DNA of 64,000 nt from Octopus vulgaris (Eukaryota). The DNA is taken from positions 34,348,001-34,412,000 of the forward strand of contig OX597825.1 of NCBI GenBank assembly GCA_951406725.2, given 5' to 3'. The translations under genes and the position numbers were made by a program. Below are positions 24,486 to 36,299 of the stretch, in pieces; within the stretch, counting starts at the first letter, position 1, and each line of letters starts with the position of its first letter. A model generated the notes under the pieces. It was not told the DNA's origin and did not search any database. It saw only the letters and a list, made by a program, of their open reading frames with translations.

Positions 24486-25872
24486 TGGAAATGGCAAGAC
24501 CAGCTCTGAGGCAGCTAAAAGGGAAGTTAAGAAGCAGGTATACATAGGGAAAACTGTGATGTTGTTGGGAAAAAGTGTGTTCACATGGATGATGATTCAC
24601 TGGTAATTAGTGACACTGCAAAACAAGAGGCTTGGAAGTGCCATTATGAAAGGCTACTAAATGTAATGAACTCATGGGAGAAGGAAAGTCTGCCTACCAA
24701 TCAGAATAGACAGTAGCATGGTAGATAAAGCCATGAAGACTAGGAAAGCCCCCAACCTATCAGGAATCACTGCTGAGATGTTTAAAATACCTGACAGTGT
24801 TGGTTATGGTCTAGTTACTCAGGTTATACCTGAGGGTGCTATACCAAATGACTGGCATAGCAACACCATTGTCAGCTGCTCAAAGGTAAAGGCAACAGCT
24901 TAGACAGAAACAATTACAGAGGTATCAAATTGTTACATCAGGCAATGAAAGTTATAGAGAGGGTTGTAGCCCACCTAATAAGGAAGAGAGTTAGTCTAAA
25001 TGAGACACAGTTTGGTTTTGTGCCAGGGAGAAGCACCACCTGTGCTATATTTCTGGTAAGGAAGCTGAAGGAGAAATACTGAGCCAAAAATAAACCTCTG
25101 TACTTGGCTTTTGTTGATATGGAGAAAGCCTTTGACAGGGTCTCCCACTCTCTTATCTGGTGGTCAATGTGGAGTAATTAGAGCTGTACAAGCCATGTAC
25201 AGAGAGGCTCTCAGTAAGGTGAGAGTTGGCAACAATTACTACGATGAATTCAGGGTATGAGTAAGGGTTCACCAATGATCAATCCACAGCTCCCTCTTGT
25301 TCTTCATAGTCCTCCAGGCAATAACAAAGGAATTTAAGTCGGGCTGTCCCTGGGAGCTCCTCTGTACTGATGACCTTATTCTTATTGCGAAATCACTACC
25401 AGAACTAGAGAAGAAATTTCAGGTGTGGAAGCAAATCTAGAATCAAAGTGATATGCTGTGCTTGAGAAGATTCATCAAGCCAAGTGAAATAGTAGTTGTG
25501 GCCAATGCCAGTGTCACATAACTGGCACATAAAATGCACGTGGAATGCATATCTGAACGTTGGGCCTCATGGCGGCAATGACAGGTGACTGAGACCTTTG
25601 GTAATTTGCTGTGCATGAGAAAACTCATCAAACCAAATGAAATCAGAGTTTTGACTGATGCAAGTATCACGTAACTGGGACCCATACCAGTGATATATAA
25701 AAGGCACCCAGTATACTTTATGGAGTGGTTGGTGTTATGAAGGGCATCCAGCCTTAGAAACCATGCCATGACTATAACTTAGTACAGCTCTCCAGCTTAC
25801 CAGTTTCAGTCAAACTGTCTAACCCATGCTAGCATGGAAAGCAGACTCTAAATGATGATGATGATGTGATGA
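24486..25872 (+). mobile_element. Second, more decayed copy of the 7660-11291 RTE family (RT fragment and 3' UTR)
   Basis: Clear nucleotide similarity to 9040-10100 and 10750-11290; (GAT)n tail. Confidence 0.88.
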
Positions 25873-25900
25873 TACACACATACACACACACACACATACA

Positions 25901-26103
25901 TGAGGAAGCGCTGAAAAGTTTCTGGCTTTGGGTAAGAGAAAATACAAGAGGATTAGTTAACTAAAATTTTATTCAAAATATTCCCCTTTCATACAATGGT
26001 CCTTCAGTTTTTCTAAACCCTGCAAAAGACCTTTTAAGTTTGGGCCTCCAGCCAGGCTTTTCATGATAGCCTTAAAGCCAAGACTTTTCAGCACTCCACC
26101 TCA
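25901..26103. mobile_element. Mariner-type MITE
   Basis: TIR tgagg..gcgctgaaaagttt.tggcttt / aaagccaagacttttcagcactccacctca. Confidence 0.7.
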
Positions 26104-26731
26104 TATATACCCTATTTTAACATGTTTAAGCAACCCTCTTGTTTCCAAAAATTAAGTTAAAAAATATGGGAGTTTCTTATATATGGATAGTATTATAATC
26201 TCTTACAAAACCATTTTTCCAAATTTTAAGCCCCCAAAATTAGTGAGTTCCTTATACACGAGGGTTCCTTATAAAATATGGTATATCGATTTGTGAATCT
26301 GTTTTTCTGTTTGTATTTGTCCCTTACAACTAGTGTTGGTTTATTTACATAACCATGACTTAGCGATTCAGCAAAAGAGGCTGATAGAATGAATACCAGG
26401 TTTAAAAAAGTATGTGCTCTGGTTGATTTGTTTGACAGTGCCCCAGCATGGCCACAGTCCAATGACTTAAAAGAGTAAAAGGTAAAAACACTCCTTTATA
26501 TTTTGTTTCATTTTACACACAAACTCACACACACATATATGCATGTGTGTATGCATACACGCACACACACATGCCCGCAAACACACATACATGCACAATT
26601 ATGATAATGCAACTGAAATATAAGAATGTAACATTATGTAAAACAGAAATGAATCAATGTCTATGTTTTTGATGAAATGAAAATTAATATTTCAAGAATT
26701 CATGAAAGAAGTTATAAGTTAGAATACTTAC

Positions 26732-26777
26732 TATAAACTATTTGCAGGAGAGAAAGTAAAATGAAAATGCGATTCAT
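26732..26777 (-). CDS. Putative signal-peptide exon MNRIFILLSLLQIVY of a secreted PLAT-like protein
   Basis: ttactttcag acceptor before 26780, ATG at 26777, basic n-region + hydrophobic h-region, consensus gtaagt donor in phase 1. Confidence 0.6.
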
Positions 26778-26901
26778 AATCTGAAAGTAAACAAAATATT
26801 TGAATGACTTTTTGGAAATAGAGAAAATATATCACACTTTATTGAAAGTCAGAACAGTTACACTCAGTACTCAAAATTTCCCATTACAAATATGTGTACC
26901 T

Positions 26902-27118
26902 TTTCTTTTCTACTCTAGACACAACGCACGAAATTTTTAGGGAGGGGGTAAGTCGAATAGATCGACCCCAGTACACAAAACTGGTACTTAATTCATCTAC
27001 CTTGAAAGGGTGAAAGGCAAAGTTGAACTCAGCAGAATTTGAACTCAGAACGTAAAGGCAGGTGAAATACCACTAAGCATTTTGCCCGGCATGATAACGC
27101 TTCTGCTAGTTCACCGTC
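26902..27118 (-). mobile_element. Meta-domain SINE with perfect 18-bp TSD
   Basis: ttacaaatatgtgtacct at 26884-26901 and 27119-27136. Confidence 0.9.
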
Positions 27119-27269
27119 TTACAAATATGTGTACCTGTGTGCAAATGAAAGCGATTGTCTGACTTGGTAGAAATAACAGTCAAGTCTCTCTCAACTCTAA
27201 CCATACTATCTTAAAACAGGAAGAGCACATTGAATAATGTTGTTTTAGGTACACTATGGAATTTTAAAA

Positions 27270-27662
27270 TTTTATTCTTTTACTTGTTTCAGTTATTTGA
27301 CTCCAGGCATGCTGGAGCACTGCCTTGAAGGGTTTTGGTCAAACAAATCAACCCATGGCTTATTTTTTTAAGCCTTGTATTTATTTATTCTATTGGGTCC
27401 TTTTGCTGAACTACTAAGTTATGAGGATCTAAACACACCAACACCATTTGTCAAGCAAAGATGGGGGGGGGGGACAAACAAAGACACATACACATACACA
27501 ACAGGCTTCTTTTAGTTTCCATCTACCAAATCCATTCACAGGCTTTTTTAGCCTGAGGCTATAGTAGAAGACATTTGTTCAACGTGGCACATGGTGGGAC
27601 TGAAGCTGGAATCATGTGGTTAGGAAGCAGGTTTCTTACCATGCAGCCATGCCTGTGCCTGT
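27270..27662 (-). mobile_element. CORE-like tRNA SINE, full length
   Basis: Reverse complement of the 285-600 head and the 1-160 tail. Confidence 0.82.
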
Positions 27663-28141
27663 GGTCATTAATGGGATACCTTTGATCACAGGTTTGCTCA
27701 GTCATGGCCAAACTGAGGTAAATAGCAACGACATGTGTATCTATAATAGACACACACACAAACATGCACACACACCCACATCCACACACACACACATGCA
27801 CACACGTATGCATGCACACCCACACACATGCTTGTGTACGCACACATACATTCATCCCTATGGCACTCCTGTCGTCCTACTCACATGTTTCTTCAGCTCT
27901 TATCACCTTTGTTATATCTTATCGCCCCACCCTCACCTGACCCTGCCCTAGGAACTATGCTCAGTCCTTTTGCTCTTGAACATTGGCCTTTCTGGAATCT
28001 TCTTCAGTTTATATTTTCCTTGTGGGGCAACTGTTTCAAAGGAACATTAGCAACAAAATGCTCTTCAGTCTTGGAGGATCTGTTTAGTCATGGGCGCTAT
28101 CTTTGTCTTTAGCCAATAAAATATAAATTAATCAAACTTAA

Positions 28142-28168
28142 TTGTTGTTGCTATTATTATTATTATTA

Positions 28169-28215
<47 letters not shown>

Positions 28216-28760
28216 GAGTGAGAGAGTAGTGCATGCCATCAAAATGACACTGGGGTACAAATATACGAAGCTCAATATACATATCATGACTACCTGTCTG
28301 ATAAGGGTGCATCAGGAACATGCATCACAACCATATATGCATGACATGTGATTTCATATCAAGATAAACAGTGCATGACCAGGTGGTATCCAGTTAGAAT
28401 TTTCTTCAGGTTGAGTAGCCCCATCCTGCTCAAAAGTCCTTGAATAGGGTTAGTTTAAGGATGATGAACAAGACATCCATGTTTCCAGGGATGAATTATT
28501 CAAACCCCAAAGAATTCCTTTCAACACATAGCTATGATGCTCACCAACTGCTTCTGCTTGTGACCAAAGATGTACATACTGTCAGCCATTAAAGAACATG
28601 CTCAACTGGTTATGGTCACACAACTGACAAGTGAATCTGTGGTATTGAGCAGAATGTTTGCTGTAGCCCATCTTTTATACCACGACAAAACATGTACATG
28701 ATAACACTTCCAATCATTTAAGATCAAAAGCTATGAGAGCTAGTACTGTATCAGGGCATT
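28142..28760 (-). mobile_element. Non-coding retroelement ending in a (TAA)n tract (Dong/R4-type 3' end likely)
   Basis: (TTA)n at 28152-28215 abuts a unique body. An internal piece recurs at 29490-29550. Dong elements are known to target TAA repeats. Confidence 0.5.
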
Positions 28761-28960
28761 TATTACCTCCACCTTAGCGAAGGCAGAGGTATTGCTTTCA
28801 GTTGTGTTTGTTTGTTTGTTTGTCTGTGAACAAAATATCTCAAGAACTGCTGGATGGTTTTAGATGAAACTTTCAGGGATGTTTGGCCTCATGACTGGCA
28901 CAACCTGATTAGATTTGCGGATTGGTCCAGTACCAGACAAGGTTCTGGATTATTCGTTAT
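28760..28960 (+). mobile_element. Helentron-associated non-autonomous element (HINE/DINE-like) 5' part
   Basis: TT-ATT-ACCTCCACCTT.AGCG.AAGGCAGAGGT terminal hairpin followed by (GTTT)n and atatctcaa..gatgaaactt core. Confidence 0.6.
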
Positions 28961-29930
28961 ATTTATTTTACTTTACATGAAGTATTACGATCTTATGTTG
29001 GCTTTCAAGTCTTTCTCTGATTATCTCCCATAAAAAGCACACTCATGGTTTCCACATAGGTTATGGTGGCATTTCTGTTTCCAAAGTTTTATTTTTGTTT
29101 CTCTATTATTATTTTTATTTGTATCTCTATCTTAGTAGAAACTGATGAATAAAGAAATCAAACTACATAAACAAACAGCAGCAAAAACGTTCAGAAATTA
29201 AATAGCATTAACATATTCAGTAACTATAATAAATTTATCCTTGACAATTTCTAGTTTTACCATTTTTGAATACATCACTCCTGCTTAAAACCTCTTAACT
29301 ATTTGACAATTTCATTTCTAGCTCTCCCTTGACAGAAGCTTTACTCCTTTAGCTCGCATTTTTGTGCCCAACAATTTTATTAAACCTCCGTTAACAGCAC
29401 TGTATGCAGGTCCTTTCCATTTTCTTTCACACACGGATAAGTTTTTCTCTATAGACCTTAATTGTTGTAAAGACACTATAAACAGCCTACAACCTTGCAG
29501 GTGGGGCCCAGTTAGAGTCTTCTTCAGGTTGAGTAGCACACTCTGCTCATGACCCAAACAAAACTATGACAAGATTTGAACTCAAAAACACATTGAGTTG
29601 GAACAAATACTACAAGATACTTGATCCAATGATTTTGTAGTTCTGTTCATCCGTCTCCCTGGATTAATACTTTTTTTTCATTAACCCTGAAAGGATGAAA
29701 GGTGAATTTGACATAAGAATGCACAAATGACTATTTTCCAATAAATTTTGGATATTTCCAAGTTTGCTCAGAGAAGAAATAATAATTAATACAGCAGGTG
29801 GTATGTTTAGATTCTGTTGGGTGCGTCATTGTTGTTTACATCCTCATAACTTAGTGGTCTGATGATAGAGCCTAATAGAATAAGTACCTAGCTTATAAAT
29901 AAGTACTGGGATTAATGTGTTCATCTGAAC

Positions 29931-30284
29931 CAGAGGTTTTCAACAGGAGTCAACATGGACCCTCATGGGCTATATAAGATTTTTGTGGGTCCAAGCAACA
30001 AAATAATAGATTGGGGATCCACAAAACTATTTTAAAGGCCCCTGAAAAATTTTGCTTTCGATGTATGTATTGTTATGTATTGCAAGAAACAGCTGGATGC
30101 TTTTTCTCTAACACTTTATATAGTTCGACCAACTCAAGTTAAACTGTGAAAAACAAAATAGGAATTTTAAAAGAAGTTTCTATAAAACTAGTTTTTGAAC
30201 ATTGAATAGTAATGAGATGGGGGTCCACCAGAATAAAATAGTAATGAAAGGGGTCTGTAGGTGAGAAATGGTTGAGAACTCCTG
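29931..30284. mobile_element. hAT/Charlie-type MITE nested in a SINE tail (29810-30350)
   Basis: TIR CAGAGGTTTTCAAC / GTTGAGAACTCCTG; 8-bp TSD not clearly preserved. Confidence 0.6.
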
Positions 30285-31469
30285 AACCCTTCAAGGTTGT
30301 GGCCCAGCATGTTCTACAGTTCAATGAATAAAGCAAGTGAAAGATAAAAGATAAAAACAAACAAGTAGAGGAAATAAGGAACCACAACTTACTGGTTAAT
30401 TAAAAATATAATTTCCACAAATTAGTGACTGCTCTGAATCAGTACGGTGTCAAGGTAAATTTTTTTTTTTTTTTTTTTATAATTTTGATCCTTTATATTC
30501 TGATTTCAAATCTTGTTGGGATCAGCTTGCTTGTTAGTTCTTTCATTGGTTTGGTAAACTAATTCTAATGAAGAGTATGGAATCAATATGTATGTGCTAC
30601 ACAGCAGCATCTAATCCACTCCTAACAATATTGAGGCTTGATTCTAAAGTGAGATATATTTGGTCAATGAGATTGTATGAATACATGTGTGTGTAATTTT
30701 AGTATATTGGTGTGACTTTAATTAAATGTGTGTGTGTTATATAGGCAATTATATATAAATATAGGCAAATGTTTACATGTATACATGCATGTTTGTATAC
30801 ACATACATATGTGTGTATGTGTAATTCACTTGAATAGTAGCTGAGAGCAGGAAGTTCTTGAAAGTAACAAACAGAATTTGAAAATTCACTTCAAAAACAA
30901 TCCTTAGTATTCCTTTGTTTTCTTTTCCTTTTTCATTTCTTTTTACTTTTTTTTTTTGTCTACAATTCACAAATCTTCCCACAGATATTCCTGTACAGTA
31001 CTTACTTGTTTAATATTTTCATTTATTCAGAGATTGTCTTTTGCCACTAAAAACAATGGAACTATGATGATGTTAGCCATAAAACAAGTCAATAAAATAC
31101 ATCAATTTCATCGAACCCCAGTGCTCAACTGGTACCTACTTCATCAACCCAAAAAGGAAGGCAAGTGAAGTTGACCTTAGTGGAGTTTGAATTCAAAACA
31201 TGGATATGGATGAAATGCTGCTGACCATTTTGCCTGCTGTGCTACCAATTCTACCAGTTTGCCAACCTATTGTTAATGTTTCATTCTTAAGTTAATGCAA
31301 ACAAACTCATATTTAGGCAAAAACCTTTTTAGTAAGCAGAGCAGTTTCTTCCAGGTTTTTGTTAAGGTATACTCATCCAGTAATTCTAAGGTAGTATGGC
31401 TGACAGTATTTCTCAGGGCATTCACAACATGTCCTTAAGATTTTTACCTCTATTTTTAAAAACTTTATT

Positions 31470-31682
31470 GATGGCATAGTAGTTAAGAGTGCGGGCTACT
31501 AACCCCAAGATTCCGAGTTCGATTCCTACACTAACAACAATAATAATAATAACAATATCGAAACATATCTTAGGAATGAGAACCAGGTTCGAAATTTCCA
31601 CATGACACCTGAAGAAGGCTGGAGGGTAAATCAGCCGAAACGTGTTAACAACAAACACGATGAGGACAAATATCCGTCAAAT
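31470..31682 (+). mobile_element. tRNA-headed short element with hammerhead-like tail
   Basis: A box tggcatagtagt, GGG-CTACTAA-CCC anticodon arm, B box gagttcgattcc; CAC-CTGAAGA-AGGCTG...CAGCC-GAAA-CGT at 31606-31646. Confidence 0.65.
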
Positions 31683-31727
31683 CTTTGCTGCTGTTTTTCA
31701 ACAGATACTAAGTGAAATCATATGATT

Positions 31728-32290
31728 TGTAGTAGAAATACATATTCAGTACCAGGTTGTGATATAGCTGCATGTATATTATTACAAGAATTCATACAGA
31801 GATGAAGAATAAATTCAAGCACTATATCTTTACTACATAAAAATATATTTTACTGCATTTATGTTGTAAAATATATTTTACTACATAAAGATATATTTTA
31901 TTTACTGGTCGATGATGATACATAATCAAAATGTAGAATCTAATTGAATGAAGTAATCTATGCAAGAAAGTTCAGAGATAGAAAATGTCGAAATAACAGC
32001 TAAGTGGTGGTTTTCAGTCATGTGGCGTAGAGAAATAGATAGACATGGCAATTAGGTGAATGGCTCTTAGTCTAATCGACTAAGAAGCGAAGAGCAGGGT
32101 TTGCAAGCTGTTTTTATTAATGGAACGCTAGACATTCTAGAAACTTCCAAGAGAAACGCTAAGCTTCTTGAATAATTAAGAATCACATCTCATGACATAG
32201 ATGCTTCGAGAAATTTAGTAAAGGGAGGTTACTCTATAATCTTCCTTGTAAGGGAGATCATTCAACTATTTAGCTACACAGACCACTACA
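31728..32290 (-). repeat. 3' LTR of the Gypsy element
   Basis: Direct repeat of 35252-35728 with indels; degenerate PPT at 32291-32304. Confidence 0.93.
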
Positions 32291-35228
32291 CACACCCTAA
32301 CCAGAGGTAACATTATACAATAATGAAAATAACAAAAATGTATACATCATAAAATGTCAAACTGTAGAAACAATATCACAGTTCAAATGTAATAAATGTT
32401 TGTTAAATTCTTGGACCAATGCACTTGTCTACCGCTTTTGGTAGTCAGAATTTGTGAAGGTATGTGCAAAGGATGCATTTGTAATGCTGTGTGTGTTGTC
32501 TGTAATGGGGTTGGAAATAGTTTTTTCAATGTGAGCCGTTTTTAGTCTATCAACAGGAATAGTGCCTTTACAACTGTTAAGATCTAAGATGAAAATTTAA
32601 CTGTGCAAGAAAGTACATGAAAGGGTCCTGAATACGGTGCTGTTAAAGGATGTTGAATGGCATCATTGCAAATAAAAGCATGAGTCCAGGAAGAATAGTC
32701 CTTAGGCAAATATGTTTTAATGTCTTGTTTTCTGGTGTTCATATGTGGTAACTTTGACATATAATCATGCAAGCATTCAACAAAATTTATAGTATTGATA
32801 TCTTGCCTGTTTTCAGGAACTTGTGCTACAGTTAGAGAAGAGATGTCTGTGAGTGGAATGACTTCTAGCCAGTGGGAAAAACGATCAATACAGGTTAATA
32901 AAAACATGTAGCCCTGACTCACAGACCAAGGCCCTACTATATCAACATGTGCTGGAATTGTGCATCTGGAGTGGAGAAAGTACCTAACGGTGCATGGATA
33001 TGTTTATGTACCTTGCATCTTTGACAGTCGACACAGGTCCAAGTCCAATAAGCTATATCTCGACGCATGTTCGGCCAAATGAAATGAGCTGAAATAAGCT
33101 TCAATGTTGCTGTTATACCAGGATGTGAAATATTGTGTAGCGCTGAGAAAATGATACGGAGATGCTTTTGAAGAACTAAAGTGTGGGGTTTACCAGGAGG
33201 AAAATCATAAAGGATTTGTTTGTTTGATGTCACAACTGGGAAATGTTGGAGGTCGAAAGGAATTAGTTCTGGTTGTTGTATATATTATTCAAATCAACGG
33301 ATGGTTGACCTTCCGACATTTCATCCAAGTTAATTTCTGCAGCTGAAAATAACGTATTTACAGGTAAATAGGAAAAAGAATCTGCAACAATGTTCTCAGA
33401 AACTGGAATATATCATATATCACTCATAAATCGTGAAATGTAATCCAAATGCAGAATGTCTTTCGGAGACAACTTATCTGGCTTGCAGTGTAAAGTGAAT
33501 GATAACGGCTTATGGTCCATAAATATTGTGAAGTTTCTCCTTTCCAAAATGTGTTGGAAATGCTTAACTGAGAGGTAAATAGCTAACAGTTCATGACTGA
33601 ATGCATTATATTTAGTTTCATCTGGTTTTAACTGCTTAGAGAAAATCGCCAGAGGTTGCTATTCGCCATGGTGAAGTTGTTGAATGACTGCGCTGATGCC
33701 AATTTCTCATGTGTCAACTACAAGAGAAATTTCAGCATCAGGAATGGGGTAAGCTAACTTGGAGATGCGAGAGAGTTTCTGTTTAGCATCATCGAAAGCT
33801 TGTATTTTAGCAGGGGTTAAAATGATCTTTTCCTTTCTCTTCTTGTGGTGTTGCCGTAATTTGCTGAGAGAGTAAAAAATTTCAGCACAATGAAGTATAA
33901 AATGTCGATAGAAATTAGCTAATCCAAGAAATTGTTTGAGCTGTCTTAATGAAACAGGAACTGAAATTTTTACGATTGCTTCCATCTTTATCAATGGTGT
34001 GTCCAAGGAAAGTGAGAGAAGACACACTGAAAATACATTTGGTAGTGTTGATACAAATTTTTTATTGAGAAAACCTTTCAAAATGTTGCTTCAAATGAAT
34101 CTCATGTTCTTTCTTGGAAGAACTATCGATGAGAAGATCGTCAATATAGGCGCAGACAAAATCTAATCCACATATTACTTCATCAATGAAACGCAGAAAA
34201 GTACTGGCGGCTTTCCTTAACCCAAAGAACATGGTAAGAAGTTCAAATGACCCAAATAGAGTTGCAATAGCCATTTTCGGAATATCATTTGGGATGACAG
34301 GAATCTGATGGTATGTTCATATCAAATCTATTTTCGAGAAAATAGAGCAACCATGCAGAGAAGATGCAAAATCTTGAAAACGTGTTATAGGATACCTATC
34401 TGGAATGGTAATAGTGTTGAGTCGTCTTTAGTGACCAGTAGATCTAAAATCACCAGATTTCTTTTTCACTAAATGGAGTGGTGATGACCAGTTACTCTTT
34501 GAAGGACGAGTTATACCAAGCTGGAGCATGTGGCTGAACTCTGCTTTAGCAGCTTTGAGTTTTTCAGGTGGTAAACATCTAGGACGTGAGAAAACGGGAG
34601 ATCAATTGGTGGTTATATGATGAATAGTTGTATGTGTTGAAGCATTGAGATTGAAAGTTAAATTTGTTAATTCAGGAAAGGATTGAATCAAAGTTTGATA
34701 TTTTGTTGATCTGCAATAAAAAATAGTGGGCTGACAGAAGTGGAATTGAAATATATTCCTAAAGTGCATAACTGGGTACTGCTATCAATAAGTCTCTTTT
34801 TTTTTTGACATCCTTTAATAATGAAAAATGGGTGGAGAAAATCGGCTCCTAAAATTGGGTGAAGAAAGTCAGCAGTGATGAAAACAACTGCAATGATGAA
34901 AACCCACTGGAAACTTCATCTGAGATTCAAGTCCAGCGTGAGTGAAATCTCACCGAAAGTTTTAACAGGAGAGCTGTTGTCTGCTTGAAGAGATATGTCA
35001 GAAGTGAAAAGTTTTTCTTTAACAAATTTAGATGGCCATATACTGCAGGACACTCCAGAATCGACTAGAAATTCTTTTTTAGACTCGAAATTTAGTACGA
35101 GAAATGCGCGACTAGGAGAAAATGTACCAGGAACTGCAGTCACACTTGGAGTTCAGCTTTTTAGTTTTCCTGTGTTTTAAATGTACAAAGTGAAATACAT
35201 TTCCTAGCTGCAGAACCAAACTTATAAT

Positions 35229-35246
35229 GATACGTTGGGGTCACCA
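35229..35246 (-). promoter_or_regulatory. Primer-binding site complementary to the tRNA-Trp 3' end
   Basis: TGGTGACCCCAACGT versus canonical Trp PBS TGGTGACCCCGACGT, 5 nt from the LTR. Confidence 0.85.
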
Positions 35247-35251
35247 ATTTA

Positions 35252-35728
35252 TGTAGTGGAGATATATATTCAGTACCAGGTGGTGATATAGCTGCATGTA
35301 TATATTATTACATGAGTTCATATAGAGACGAAGAATAAATTCAAGAACTATATATTTACTACATAAAAGTATATTTTATTTACTGGTCGATGATGATACA
35401 TAATCAAAATGTAGAATCTAATTGAATGAAGTAATCTATGCAAGAAAGTTCAGAGATTGAAAATGTAGAAATAACAGCTAAGTGATGCTTTTCAGTCAAG
35501 TGGTATAGAGAAATAGATGGACATGGCAATGATGTGAATGGCTCTTAGTCTAATCGACTAAGAAGCAAAGAGCAGGGTTTGCAAGCTGTTTTTATTAATG
35601 GAACACTAGACATTCTAGAAACGCTAAGCTTCTTGAATAATTAAGAATCACGTCTCATGACATAGATCCTTCTAGAAACCTCTATGCAAGGGAAATCATT
35701 CAACTATTTAGCTACATAGACCACTACA
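35252..35728 (-). repeat. 5' LTR of the Gypsy element
   Basis: TGTAGTGG...CCACTACA termini; PBS immediately internal. Confidence 0.93.
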
Positions 35729-36299
35729 AATTCTTTAAGGTTTTCTGCTTTCATGTTAAGTATCTTGCTTTCTCATCTGCAATAAACTTTTAAGAGCAGA
35801 TTCAAACAACACATATACTCTTTCAAATTCATTGATGGAACATGGAACCAACATTGCCTTTTCCCACATTATGTTTGAAACTTAAGGGACAAGTTCAAAA
35901 TGTTCCCATGGCCCAAAGATACTAAATTCAGCATCCACTCTATTCAAAACAAAAAAAGGATGAAAGATCTTTCCAAGCCACAAGTTCACAATGCCAGTTT
36001 CCTGGATTCTGGGACATATTTTTCCTTAGATGACACATTGGTCTGTTGCAAGATTACTCATTATTGCCAACTGAAGTGTTTCGCTAAGAGCATGACTTGG
36101 TCCAGGAACTGAAATAAGCCAAGTACTAGTAGCAATTTTATCTAGTCTTCTTACAATATTCCAAAACAGTTATGAAATTCTAAATGTCTCTTGAGTGATA
36201 ATCTACTTTATACATGTATGAGTAACTGCTATACACTTGTGATTACCTCCATAAAGGCATGTACAGGACTCAAAACTGGCTGAATTAGTGTTGATGTCA

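Larger units (their letters stand above)
31728..35728 (-). mobile_element. Ty3/Gypsy LTR retrotransposon, decayed, gag almost entirely deleted
   Basis: LTRs 31728-32290 and 35252-35728 (TGTAGT...ACTACA); PR (FLVDSG), RT (FGLRKAA, YIDDLL), RNase H (LKQFLGL, TIFMDHKPL), integrase (HNISHPG..C..C, CIDRFS, YSGPF) in Gypsy order; possible 4-bp TSD gatt/aatt. Confidence 0.95.

Noticed and set aside
28142-28351. Poly-Leu 'signal peptide' ORF
   Set aside because: Translation of a (TTA)n microsatellite
31006-31046. Exon-like 41-nt segment (tttttag...gtaagt, minus strand, contains ATG AAA ATA TTA)
   Set aside because: It could be a 5' UTR exon of the PLAT-like gene, but there is no frame link or homology; such sites arise by chance in AT-rich DNA
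31470-31530. tRNA gene
   Set aside because: A/B boxes and an anticodon arm are present, but there is no acceptor-stem 3' half; treated as a SINE-type head
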